Assembly: GCA_050633305.1 (NCBI GenBank)
Contig: JBOEGF010000022.1
Span: 64,001-128,000 of the forward strand
Source: Nannocystales bacterium
GTDB taxonomy: Bacteria; Myxococcota_A; Polyangia; Nannocystales; Nannocystaceae
DNA: 64,000 bases
Reading direction: 5' to 3'
Below the pieces are notes generated by a model. That model was not told where the DNA came from. It was given only the letters and a program-made list of their open reading frames with translations, and ran no database searches. A program made the position numbers and the translations under genes. Below are positions 38,415-46,991 of the stretch, in pieces (position 1 is the stretch's first letter; each line of letters begins with the position of its first letter).

Positions 38415-39970
38415 TCGTCGCTCGGCGTCACCGTGCACAGGTGATTGGTCCGGCAGGTGGTGCCCGGCGGCGGGCTCAAGGTCGTGGCCACAGAGTTCCC
38501 CGGCTTTCGACAGGTGTAACACGACCCCTTGTGCTCGAAGGTGCTGGCCCGCTTGCGACTGGCCCGGATGAACGAGCGCTTGTCCTCTTTGTAGAAGCAC
38601 GCCTGGCCGCGTTTCCTGGGCGCTTTGGAGGCCAAGGGCCCCGACTTCGTGGGCGCCGGAGGCGTGACCTCGACCTCGGAGGGCTCGACCCGTGTGGGCT
38701 CGGGCACAGCGTCTAGAGGCGCCTGGGGCTGCGCCGTCGCGGGCTCTGGGTCGGCGGGCACGAGCGTTGTGGGCTCGGGGTCGGCGGGTGCCGGAGGCGC
38801 CGTGGCGAGGGCCTGCATGGGTTCGGTGGACGGGGCGGACTCGGGGGGCGAGGGGTCGCCCCCGACGGCGATGCCGCTGCCCACCGCCGCCATGACGCCG
38901 ACGCTGATCCCCAGGGCCAAGAGCCACACTGTCCGGCGTTTTCGGGGCCGGGGATCGCTGAGCGCGGCCAGACCCGAGCGCAGAGCGTCGAGCAGCGCCC
39001 GCATGTTGGGATGGCGGTCGGCAGGGTCCCGGTGCAGGCCTCGCCGCAGCAGGTCGAACACCCACTTGGGGACCTCGGGGTGCTCGGGGACCCGCACCGC
39101 TTCTTCGTTGACCGCTTGGCGGTAGCGCGCGACCGTCGTGCCGTGGAACGGGGGGTGGCCGTACAGCCCCTCGTACAGCGCGACGCAGAAACCGAATTGA
39201 TCGGAGCGAGCCGTGGCGCTCAAGCCGGTCTCTTGCTCTGGCGCCATGTATTTGGGGGTGCCGAGCAGGGCGCCGGTGCGGGTGAGCGATGAGGAGACGG
39301 CGCCGTGGTCGACGGTGGCGCTGCCACTGTCGCCGGGGAGGAGCTCGTGACGGCCGGTCTCGCTGCCGGGGCCTCCGGCGAGACCAAAGTCGCCCACCCG
39401 AACCCGTCCGTCGGACCCAAGCATGACGTTCTCGGGCTTGAAGTCGCGGTGCACGATGCCGGCCTCGTGTGCGGCGGCCAGGCCCTCGCCCGCGTCGAGG
39501 TAGCAGCGCAGCGTGTCGCGCCACCCTGGGGTCTCGCGGTCGATCCACTTGGACAACGGGTCGCCATCGACCAGCTCCATCGCGATGAAGACACCGTCGT
39601 CGACCGCACCGACGTCGTACACATGAATGACGTTGGGGTGGGCGAGCTTGGCCATCGCTCGGGCCTCGCGGACCAAGCGCCCCCGGGCGCGACCTGCCTC
39701 CTCGTCAGAGACGGCCGCGGTGTTCATCAACTTGAGCGCAACGTCGCGGGCGAGCTCGGGGTCGTGGGCTCGGTAGACGACCCCCATGCCGCCCGCACCG
39801 AGCTTTCCTTCAACCCGATAGCGACCCACCTTGACCCGTTTTGCAGGGCCAGAGAACAATCGGTTCTCGATCGCGGCTCGTGCACGCCGGGCTTCGACGT
39901 CGTCGGCCTCGGGCGTGGCCGAACGAAGCGGGTCGTCCGCTTTCGGCGAGAACTGGGCACGAGCTGCCAC
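38402..39970 (-). CDS. Ser/Thr protein kinase with TM and Pro-rich/Cys-containing C-terminus
   Basis: GAGGMGVVY, VALK, HRDFKPEN, DFG, GTPKYMAPE. Start approximate. Confidence 0.92.
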   Translation of the reverse strand: MAARAQFSPKADDPLRSATPEADDVEARRARAAIENRLFSGPAKRVKVGRYRVEGKLGAGGMGVVYRAHDPELARDVALKLMNTAAVSDEEAGRARGRLVREARAMAKLAHPNVIHVYDVGAVDDGVFIAMELVDGDPLSKWIDRETPGWRDTLRCYLDAGEGLAAAHEAGIVHRDFKPENVMLGSDGRVRVGDFGLAGGPGSETGRHELLPGDSGSATVDHGAVSSSLTRTGALLGTPKYMAPEQETGLSATARSDQFGFCVALYEGLYGHPPFHGTTVARYRQAVNEEAVRVPEHPEVPKWVFDLLRRGLHRDPADRHPNMRALLDALRSGLAALSDPRPRKRRTVWLLALGISVGVMAAVGSGIAVGGDPSPPESAPSTEPMQALATAPPAPADPEPTTLVPADPEPATAQPQAPLDAVPEPTRVEPSEVEVTPPAPTKSGPLASKAPRKRGQACFYKEDKRSFIRASRKRASTFEHKGSCYTCRKPGNSVATTLSPPPGTTCRTNHLCTVTPSDECKP

Positions 39971-40007
39971 CTGGCGGGAATCTACACCGCCCGGGGGCTT
40001 GGCGCCG

Positions 40008-40841
40008 CTATGCTTCTGCGGAAGAAGCGCCGGACACCGAGGCTTCCGCATCGGACGGGGACTCCGCGGAGGGTTCGAGCTCGACCGGGAGCCAGTGTGT
40101 GACCCACGACATCCGCAGGAAAGAGAGCGCCAGTCCAGCCGCGACCAGCACCCGGAGTAGGCTGCTCACGTTGGAAGGCCCCAGTGCTTGCACCGCCAAG
40201 GGCGTCAGACTCAGCGCGAGGGCCAGTTTCAGGCCCCAAAGCCCGCCCGTGACCGCCACATACTGGGGGCGTTTGGCGGCTTCCACGAACCCTCGAAGGG
40301 TCGCCATCGGGTGATACGGCTTCTCGACCGAGTGCAGGCAGATCTGCGCCCGGACCAGGTCGCGCGCAAGGATGGCGAGCGAGACGCCGACGAGTAGGAC
40401 GATCCCGCGGATCGGGGTGGGCAGGGGGCCGAGGACGACCGAGAGGACCATCAGGCCGCCGAAGGTCACCACCGCGTGGACCAAGCCCTGGGCCAGCAGA
40501 GGCCCCGCAGCGGCGACGGCACCGCCAGCGGCTTCGCTCAGACGATCTCCCCGGGCAGCCAGGAATACGATCCCGCCCAGCGTCGTCCAGCCCAACCAGC
40601 TGAGCACGGCGGTGACCAGCGTCGCCGCGCCGATGCCCACCCCGAGTTCGGGATTGTGCAGCAGCACCTCGGTGAGCCGGGCGAGCGCATGCTCGACATC
40701 CGCCTCGCCGCCGAACGGGCCGAGGATGAACTGGGTCATCCACGCCACCAGGGAGCCACCGAGGATCGCCCACCCGAGCGTGAGTCCAAGCGTGAGCAGG
40801 TACACCCAACGGGTGTTCCACGCCGTGCGCAACACGCTCAT
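40008..40841 (-). CDS. Multi-pass membrane hypothetical protein
   Basis: About 6 hydrophobic segments; ATGA overlap with the M1 peptidase stop. Confidence 0.7.
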   Translation of the reverse strand: MSVLRTAWNTRWVYLLTLGLTLGWAILGGSLVAWMTQFILGPFGGEADVEHALARLTEVLLHNPELGVGIGAATLVTAVLSWLGWTTLGGIVFLAARGDRLSEAAGGAVAAAGPLLAQGLVHAVVTFGGLMVLSVVLGPLPTPIRGIVLLVGVSLAILARDLVRAQICLHSVEKPYHPMATLRGFVEAAKRPQYVAVTGGLWGLKLALALSLTPLAVQALGPSNVSSLLRVLVAAGLALSFLRMSWVTHWLPVELEPSAESPSDAEASVSGASSAEA

Positions 40842-42961
40842 GGGCTCACCCCCAACATCGCCGACAACAGGGCCGCCTCGGTGAGCTCGGCGAGGTCGCC
40901 GTCGGTCGTGACGGGTCGATCCGCACGCCGGGCGAAGCGGTGGTTGTCGATGCGTTTGGCTTCGAGCTCGAGGTGCCGATGGGGGTCGAGACTCACCGAA
41001 CGGATCCGACGCCCCGGAAACGTGAGCGTGTCGGTCGTGCGCACGCCGTCCCACCAGGCCTCTTCGATGCTGCCATCCTCGAACGTCACGGCGTACTGGA
41101 CCGGGGTGATGAAGGGCCCCGAGCGTTCGAACACGACGAGACCCTCAGGTCCGCGCGCATCGGGCACGTTTGGGCTGCTTGCATCGTCGGCGCCGGGGTC
41201 CAGGGAGGTTCGGGCGGACGTCTCGGGCCGCGGGGTCTCGACCCATGTTCCGTCTTCACCGCGGTGCCAACCAGCATCGCCGAGCTGGGTCCGGTTCTCG
41301 ACCCAGCGGACCGAGAACGCGATCGAGCGAGGGGTGCGGAAGGCCTGTTGAAGCCAGTCGCGCACATCGAGGGTGACCGCCGGAGAGAGGGCGAGCAATC
41401 CGGGCGCGGCAGGGTCGTCCTCGAGCGCGGTGGTGAGGGTGTTGAAGAAATCCTCGGGGCTGGGGTGCCCGAACCGGAACGCGTCGGTGTACGTGCGAAG
41501 GGCGTCGTCAAAGCGCTGGTGGCCAACGAGATTGCGCAGCGATCGGAGCGCGGCGGCGGTCTTGCGATAAACCGTGCGGCCGTAGAGTGCCTCGGATTCT
41601 GCAAACTGGTCCGCGCGCTGATCGATGACGGCGATGTTGTCCAGCCGAGCCATATCCAGCCGCAGCAAGTCGCCGGAGTCGAGGGGGTGGCCCAAGACCT
41701 TCACCGCCCAGTTGCCCTCGCGGGAATCGTCGAGCACGAGCGTGTTGGAGAAGGTGTTGAGACCTTCGTCGAGCCACGGCGCTTCGGACTCGTTGGACGC
41801 GAGCAGACCCTGAAAGAACTGGTGACCGAATTCATGCACGGTGGTGAAGCGGCCATCGAGGCGCATCTCCACCATGGAGCCGAGCGGGGCCGGGATCTCC
41901 AGGAGTGGGCCGCTGGTGAAGAAGGTGGGGTACTCCATTCCGCCAGCCCCTCCCGCCTGGGCGGGTGGGTGGACGATGGTGATGCTCGACCACGGGTATG
42001 GGCCGAAGCGTCGCTGCATCGAGTCGAGAGCCTGGACCTGGGCATCGAGGTGGACCTGGGCGTCTTGCCAGGTCTGCGGGGTGTGCAGCTGCCGGATCCG
42101 GATCCCCTCGTGCGTCGCGATGTGCTCGACGTAGTTGGGCGAGGCCGTCCAGGCGAAGTCGTGCACCATCTGGGCCTCGTAGGTGTGGCGAACCCTTCCG
42201 CTGTCGTCATCCTCCTCTCGGGTTCGGATGCCGGTTGCGCCCACGACCCAGCCCTTGGGGACGTCGAGAATCACGCGGTAGTCGCCGAAGTCGGCGAAGA
42301 ACTCGGAGTGGAAGGTGAAGACGTGGTTGTTCCAGGTGCCGTCGTCTTGAAGGACGCCAAGCTTGGGGAACCACTGTCCGGCCAGCACGAACTGGGTGTG
42401 CTCGTCGGCCTGGTACCCGGTCCGTGCAAACACCTCTGGGAGGTCGGTCGTGAACCCGATGTCGACCTCGACCTCCGCGCCGGGTGCGAGCGGCCGGGCG
42501 AGGGGGATCGTGGCCACGGTAGGGTCGGAGCCTGGAACGAGGGAGAGGGCTTGGTCGTCGCGCGTATCTCGGATGGAGGAGATCGTCACCCGGCCCCACG
42601 GAGCCGTCGAGCCCTGACCGCTGGTGCGATGGGAACCGCGGCCCTCGCTCATCCACGCCGTGTCTTCCGCCGAAAAAGCGTTCATATAGAGGTGGACGGC
42701 CAGGTGATCGACGGCGACCCGGCTGCGGTTGCGGAACGTGATCCGCTCCAATCCCTTGATCCGGAAGCTCTCCTCGTCGAGCTTGGCGTCGATGGCGTAG
42801 TTGGCGATCTGGGCGTCGTCTGGCATCGAGCCGCGTTGCTCGGCCGGTCGTAGAGGCTCGGTGGGCTCATCGATCTGAAGGCCCACGCTGCGTGGCCTTG
42901 CACCGCTGTCGCACGCGGACAGCGCGAGTGCGGCAACGCAGGGCAGGAGAAACACGCGCAT
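40838..42961 (-). CDS. M1 family (gluzincin) aminopeptidase lipoprotein
   Basis: LSAC lipobox; GGMEYP, HEFGH..WLDEG, VY.K motifs. Confidence 0.92.
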   Translation of the reverse strand: MRVFLLPCVAALALSACDSGARPRSVGLQIDEPTEPLRPAEQRGSMPDDAQIANYAIDAKLDEESFRIKGLERITFRNRSRVAVDHLAVHLYMNAFSAEDTAWMSEGRGSHRTSGQGSTAPWGRVTISSIRDTRDDQALSLVPGSDPTVATIPLARPLAPGAEVEVDIGFTTDLPEVFARTGYQADEHTQFVLAGQWFPKLGVLQDDGTWNNHVFTFHSEFFADFGDYRVILDVPKGWVVGATGIRTREEDDDSGRVRHTYEAQMVHDFAWTASPNYVEHIATHEGIRIRQLHTPQTWQDAQVHLDAQVQALDSMQRRFGPYPWSSITIVHPPAQAGGAGGMEYPTFFTSGPLLEIPAPLGSMVEMRLDGRFTTVHEFGHQFFQGLLASNESEAPWLDEGLNTFSNTLVLDDSREGNWAVKVLGHPLDSGDLLRLDMARLDNIAVIDQRADQFAESEALYGRTVYRKTAAALRSLRNLVGHQRFDDALRTYTDAFRFGHPSPEDFFNTLTTALEDDPAAPGLLALSPAVTLDVRDWLQQAFRTPRSIAFSVRWVENRTQLGDAGWHRGEDGTWVETPRPETSARTSLDPGADDASSPNVPDARGPEGLVVFERSGPFITPVQYAVTFEDGSIEEAWWDGVRTTDTLTFPGRRIRSVSLDPHRHLELEAKRIDNHRFARRADRPVTTDGDLAELTEAALLSAMLGVSP

Positions 42962-43009
42962 CGAGGCATCGGTACCACAGCCGTTGCGCGGCGGTACACT
43001 GCCCGAGAA

Positions 43010-43540
43010 GTGCAGCTGCACGGTTTGAACCAGAGCGAACTCGAAGGGTTGGGCGAGCGTCTGGGAACGCTGGTCACGCCGGGGGTGGTGTTGCTTCTCG
43101 AAGGGCCGATGGGGGCGGGCAAGACCACCTTCACGCGGGCGCTCGGACGCGGCATGAAGCTCGATCGCCCCGACCGCGTTTGCAGCCCCACCTTCAACAT
43201 CTGTCTCACCCATGCCGGCCCAGTCCCGCTGCTGCACATGGACCTGTTTCGGCTTGCCCCCGATGATGGCGATGGGCCCGCGCCAGCGTCGTTTGAGGCG
43301 CTTGGCTTGGAGGCGCTGCTGGACCGGCTCGCCGACGAAGACCCGGACGCCGAAGCGGACGACGGTGTGTTGGCGATCGAATGGTCGAACCTGTGGCGGC
43401 AGTCCGACCTGGATGCCCTCACGCTCCGTTTGTCCCGCCCGAACCCTGAGTCTCGCGACCTCGAGGCCGTTGCGGGCGGTCCGCGGCACGCAGCGCTCCT
43501 GAGCCGCTGGGCTGCTGCTGGGCCGCTCCAGGGCGGGTAA
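43010..43540 (+). CDS. tsaE: tRNA threonylcarbamoyladenosine biosynthesis ATPase TsaE
   Basis: LEGPMGAGKTTF, SPTF, HMDLFRL, IEW. Confidence 0.88.
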   Translation: MQLHGLNQSELEGLGERLGTLVTPGVVLLLEGPMGAGKTTFTRALGRGMKLDRPDRVCSPTFNICLTHAGPVPLLHMDLFRLAPDDGDGPAPASFEALGLEALLDRLADEDPDAEADDGVLAIEWSNLWRQSDLDALTLRLSRPNPESRDLEAVAGGPRHAALLSRWAAAGPLQGG

Positions 43541-43609
43541 ACGAGGCGTTTCGCCCCGCGGGCGTGAGTCGGATGACAAGATCGGCGCCTTGTGAGGCGA
43601 TCCGGGGCC

Positions 43610-43820
43610 CTCAAAACGCCCGCCGAGGGCGAAAATTCGGTTCCTAGGCGGATTTCGGGCTTTCCACGGCGCGAAAATCGGGTTTATGGTGCGTCGGCGG
43701 GCGCGGATGCCGACGTCTGGAAATGGCCACCAATGGCCGTCTACAGCCGTTCTTCATGCTCTGGCCCACACGTTCAACCCTTTTGCCTCAACGCAAACTC
43801 GAAAACGCTAAGGAACAATC
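43610..43820 (+). promoter_or_regulatory. Upstream regulatory region and RBS of the histone-fold gene
   Basis: A/T tracts about 10 bp apart (43613-43687), AATGGCC direct repeat at 43722 and 43732, AAGGA Shine-Dalgarno at 43810-43814. Confidence 0.45.
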
Positions 43821-44015
43821 ATGGCCCGTTCGTCCAAGCCCAAGGAAATTGTCGTCGTCGGTTCGAAAATCAAGGAAGTCGTCAAGGAAGCCGGCCTCCG
43901 CAGCGACGGAGAGCTCGTCCAGGCTGTCTCCGACAAAGTGCACGAGTTGCTCGGCGCCGCGATCAAGCGCTGCCAAGACAACAACCGCAGCACGGTTCGC
44001 CCGTACGACCTCTAA
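43821..44015 (+). CDS. Prokaryotic histone-fold protein (short alpha3 class, Bd0055/Leptospira HLp-like)
   Basis: 64 aa: VVVGSKIKEVVK (alpha1), GLRSD (L1), long alpha2, RSTVRPYDL (RxTxxxxD). Good RBS and a downstream hairpin. Confidence 0.88.
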   Translation: MARSSKPKEIVVVGSKIKEVVKEAGLRSDGELVQAVSDKVHELLGAAIKRCQDNNRSTVRPYDL

Positions 44016-44020
44016 TCTTA

Positions 44021-44045
44021 GAGGGACCCTTCACGAGGGTCCCTC
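44021..44045 (+). terminator. Perfect 10-bp hairpin just after the histone stop codon
   Basis: GAGGGACCCT-TCACG-AGGGTCCCTC; no U-tract. Confidence 0.6.
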
Positions 44046-44050
44046 GCTGC

Positions 44051-44128
44051 GGAGGCGAAGCCTCCTCCGCTTCACCCGTAGCGAATCCGTGGATTCGCGA
44101 AGGTGCCGAGCGAATCCACCGGATTTGC
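44051..44128. repeat. Three additional hairpins, two sharing the GCGAATCC arm
   Basis: GGAGGC-GAA-GCCTCC; GCGAATCC-GT-GGATTCGC; GCGAATCC-ACC-GGATTTGC. Confidence 0.6.
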
Positions 44129-44431
44129 GGAGCACCCCCCAATGGTCGCCCTGCTGGGCTCCTGTTCGCTTCGCTCACGGCGCGCGGCAGGGTTTCCGGA
44201 AACCTGGAGCGGCCTGGGCATGACGAGCGTGTTCCGTAGGGAGCGCGCTCGTCTGCGTTTGGGGGGTTGGGGCCGATTCAGCGCTTTCCGAGGTGGGCTT
44301 CGATTCGCTTGGAGCGCGACGCGAGCGGGATTGGGGCAGAAGCGGCGAGTGCTCCGATCCCGAGGGTGCTACTCGCCGGCCGGTTTTTGGGCGTAGCGTG
44401 TTTGGGCTGCGTTTGATAACCCCAGTGGGCG

Positions 44432-45442
44432 TTGAGCGGCTATCCCATCGATCGTGCCAGCTATCGGACTCTCGATCCCGATTGGGAGGGGCAGGTCGTC
44501 ATCGCGGACATCGATCGAACCTACCTCGCCACGCGATTCTCGAGCATGAAGGGAATGCTTCGCATTCCCTTCGAGCGTGCCGCGCAGAAGCGTGACATCG
44601 AGGGGATGGCGCGACTGCTCCGGGAGCTCCGACGGGGCCCAGGGCGCATGACACGGGACACGCCCCTGTTTTTCCTGTCAGCCAGCCCCAAACAGCTGCG
44701 GCCGGTCATCGAGCGCAAGATGGGGCTCGATGGGATCAGCTTCGACGGGACGACATTCAAGGACTGGGGCCGGGTCCTGCGCGCCGGCTGGCCCAAGCGG
44801 ATCACCGAGCAGATCGGGTTCAAGCTCACCGCGCTCCTGACCTCCCGGTCGCACATGCCACTGGGCGCCCACGAGCTGCTGCTGGGCGATGACCTGGAGA
44901 CGGACCCAATCACCTACGGTCTGTATGCCGACGTCCTTGCGGGCCGGATTCCGACCTCAGACCTGGCCCGCGTACTGCGGCACAACGGGGTGGGGCATGC
45001 CGACGCTGCGCACATCGAGCGCCTGCGCCGGGACCTGGAGCCCGGCCGAGGGGTTCGCAAGGCCTGCATTCGGCTGGAACGGCACCAAGACTCGGACGAC
45101 TTCTTGGAGTTTGGCCCGGGTGTGATCGGCTGCCGCGGTGCGTTCCAGATGGTGGTCGTGCATTGGCGCATGGGCCTGGTGTCGCTCTCGGGTGTGGGGC
45201 GTGTGGCGGCCGCGTTGGCGTCCCGAGGGGTTTCGCCCGATTCGCTGGGCCGGCGGATGCACGACCTGCGCCGCCGCGCGATGATCGACGCCGACGAGGT
45301 TCCTCAGGTACTGCAGACGGTTCGCGAACACGGCGTCGAGATGGAAGACCAGTCCTTGCCCGACCCAGACGCTCGGTGGGTCGAGGTTTGGCAGCGGTCC
45401 GAGGATCGGGTGTGGACACCCGAGGCCTACGTCGGCAGCTAG
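44432..45442 (+). CDS. HAD-like phosphatase (App1/LNS2-like phosphatidate phosphatase domain)
   Basis: IADIDRTY (DxDxT), FLSASP, K, LLGDDLETD (HAD motifs I-IV). Confidence 0.72.
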   Translation: MSGYPIDRASYRTLDPDWEGQVVIADIDRTYLATRFSSMKGMLRIPFERAAQKRDIEGMARLLRELRRGPGRMTRDTPLFFLSASPKQLRPVIERKMGLDGISFDGTTFKDWGRVLRAGWPKRITEQIGFKLTALLTSRSHMPLGAHELLLGDDLETDPITYGLYADVLAGRIPTSDLARVLRHNGVGHADAAHIERLRRDLEPGRGVRKACIRLERHQDSDDFLEFGPGVIGCRGAFQMVVVHWRMGLVSLSGVGRVAAALASRGVSPDSLGRRMHDLRRRAMIDADEVPQVLQTVREHGVEMEDQSLPDPDARWVEVWQRSEDRVWTPEAYVGS

Positions 45443-45637
45443 AGCGGCGGCGTTCTTCGTCGGTCGAGGACGGTCAGCAGACTTCGCCTTCGCGCCTAGG
45501 CCAGCGGGGCACCGTGTGTCCGTTCGTCGGAGGGCACGTGGAGCCTGCCCGTGAACTCGCGGCGAGGCGGCTGCGTGGCGACGGAGGATCGGCGGAGGAT
45601 CGGAGAAATGGTGTGAAGCTGGTTGCGGCTACTCGAT

Positions 45638-45655
45638 CTATCTACTACTAGATAG
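45638..45655. promoter_or_regulatory. Palindromic operator, probably for the downstream TetR
   Basis: CTATCTA-CTAC-TAGATAG perfect AT-rich inverted repeat ending 6 nt before the GST start. Confidence 0.7.
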
Positions 45656-45660
45656 GTGTC

Positions 45661-46281
45661 GTGAAGTTCTACGAAACCCAAGGATTCCCCAACCCTATCC
45701 GTGTTCGTGTTGCCCTGGCGGAGAAGGGGCTGCTGGACCAAGTGACGGTGGTGCCCGTGGACGTGATGGCCGGGGAGCACCGCCAAGAGCCGTTCTTGGC
45801 CAAGAATCCCTCCGGAGCGGTTCCGGCGCTGGAGCTCGACGACGGCACCGTGTTGGCCGAGTGCACGGCGATCACGGAGTATCTCGACCACGCGGTCGGG
45901 GAGCCGACGCTGACGGGAACCGACGCCCGCGAGCGCGGAGTGATCGCAATGGCACAGCGCCGGGCAGAGGCAGGGTTTCTCGACGCGGTCGCGGCCTACT
46001 TTCACCACGCGACGCCGGGCCTGGGACCGGAGCTCGAGACGTACCAGAACCCACAGTGGGGCGAGCACCAGAAAACCCGCGCACTCGACACGATGGCGGC
46101 GATCGACGGTTGGCTGGCCAACCACGAGTTTGTGGCGGGTGACCGGTTCACGGTCGCGGACATCACGACGCACGCAGGCATCGTGTTCGGTGGGTTTGCG
46201 AAACTCGACGTGCCCGCGTCATGCTCCAATCTCCGGCGCTGGCACGAGACGGTCCAAGCCCGCCCGAGTCTGTCGGCCTAG
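45661..46281 (+). CDS. Glutathione S-transferase family protein
   Basis: PNPIRVRVALAEKG, NPSGAVPAL, ECTAITEYLD, GDRFTVADI. Confidence 0.93.
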   Translation: MKFYETQGFPNPIRVRVALAEKGLLDQVTVVPVDVMAGEHRQEPFLAKNPSGAVPALELDDGTVLAECTAITEYLDHAVGEPTLTGTDARERGVIAMAQRRAEAGFLDAVAAYFHHATPGLGPELETYQNPQWGEHQKTRALDTMAAIDGWLANHEFVAGDRFTVADITTHAGIVFGGFAKLDVPASCSNLRRWHETVQARPSLSA

Positions 46282-46292
46282 TTGGTTGCGCC

Positions 46293-46988
46293 ATGGAACA
46301 CAACGCAGACTTCGCGCAGCGCGTCTGGTCCCACGATCGCGACACGACGTGGCTTCCATCCCCGATGCCGGGCGTCACCCGCCGCGTCCTCGACCGCATC
46401 GGATCCGAGGTCGCACGCGCCACATCGGTGGTGCGCTACGCCCCGGGCAGCAGCTTCTCCAGACATACACACACCGGAGGCGAGGAGTTTTTGGTGTTGG
46501 ATGGCGTGTTCTCGGATGAACATGGCGACTTCGGGCCTGGGTCCTACCTGCGCAACCCGCCGGGCTCGAGCCATCAGCCGGGGTCCGAGCCGGGCTGCAC
46601 GATCCTGGTGAAGCTGTGGCAGTTCGATCTGGACGACCGGACGCCCGTTCGACGGATCGCGACGGACGCCTTCGTCGGCGGCCTCGAGGCGGGGGTCAGC
46701 GTGCAAGCGCTGCACGAAGACGAGACCGAGCGCGTTCGTCTGGAGCGGTGGCACGCGGGCGCGTGTATCGACCGGGAGGCCCCCGCAGGGTTGGAGTTGT
46801 TCGTCCTCCAGGGTGGCTTCGAGGTCGATACTGAGCGCTTCGAGGCTCGGAGTTGGCTGCGGATCCCCCCTGCAGAGCGCTTCCGCGCGACTGTGGGGAA
46901 GGGCGGGGCGACCCTCTGGCTCAAGGCGGGGCATTTGAGAGATGCTCGGGCTCGGTTCGAGGACGCATTCGTGCGCGCCCAACTGTGA
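46293..46988 (+). CDS. ChrR-like double cupin protein
   Basis: GV.R..LDRIG.EVARATS.VRYAPGS.F..H.H.GGEE..VL.G.FSDE.G.F.PG.YLRNPPGS.H.P. Confidence 0.9.
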   Translation: MEHNADFAQRVWSHDRDTTWLPSPMPGVTRRVLDRIGSEVARATSVVRYAPGSSFSRHTHTGGEEFLVLDGVFSDEHGDFGPGSYLRNPPGSSHQPGSEPGCTILVKLWQFDLDDRTPVRRIATDAFVGGLEAGVSVQALHEDETERVRLERWHAGACIDREAPAGLELFVLQGGFEVDTERFEARSWLRIPPAERFRATVGKGGATLWLKAGHLRDARARFEDAFVRAQL

Positions 46989-46991
46989 ATC

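Noticed and set aside
38415..39548. N-terminal 378 aa of the 1099-aa ORF
   Set aside because: Overlaps the kinase in another frame and is low-complexity Arg-rich; the real gene starts at 38414.
43762..43778. Possible sigma-54 promoter TGGCCCACACGTTCA before the histone gene
   Set aside because: Lacks the invariant GC at -12.
43723..44239. Longer ORFs (166 aa, 215 aa) overlapping the histone gene
   Set aside because: No motifs, poor composition, and they run through the hairpin cluster; the 64-aa frame has the RBS and the histone motif.
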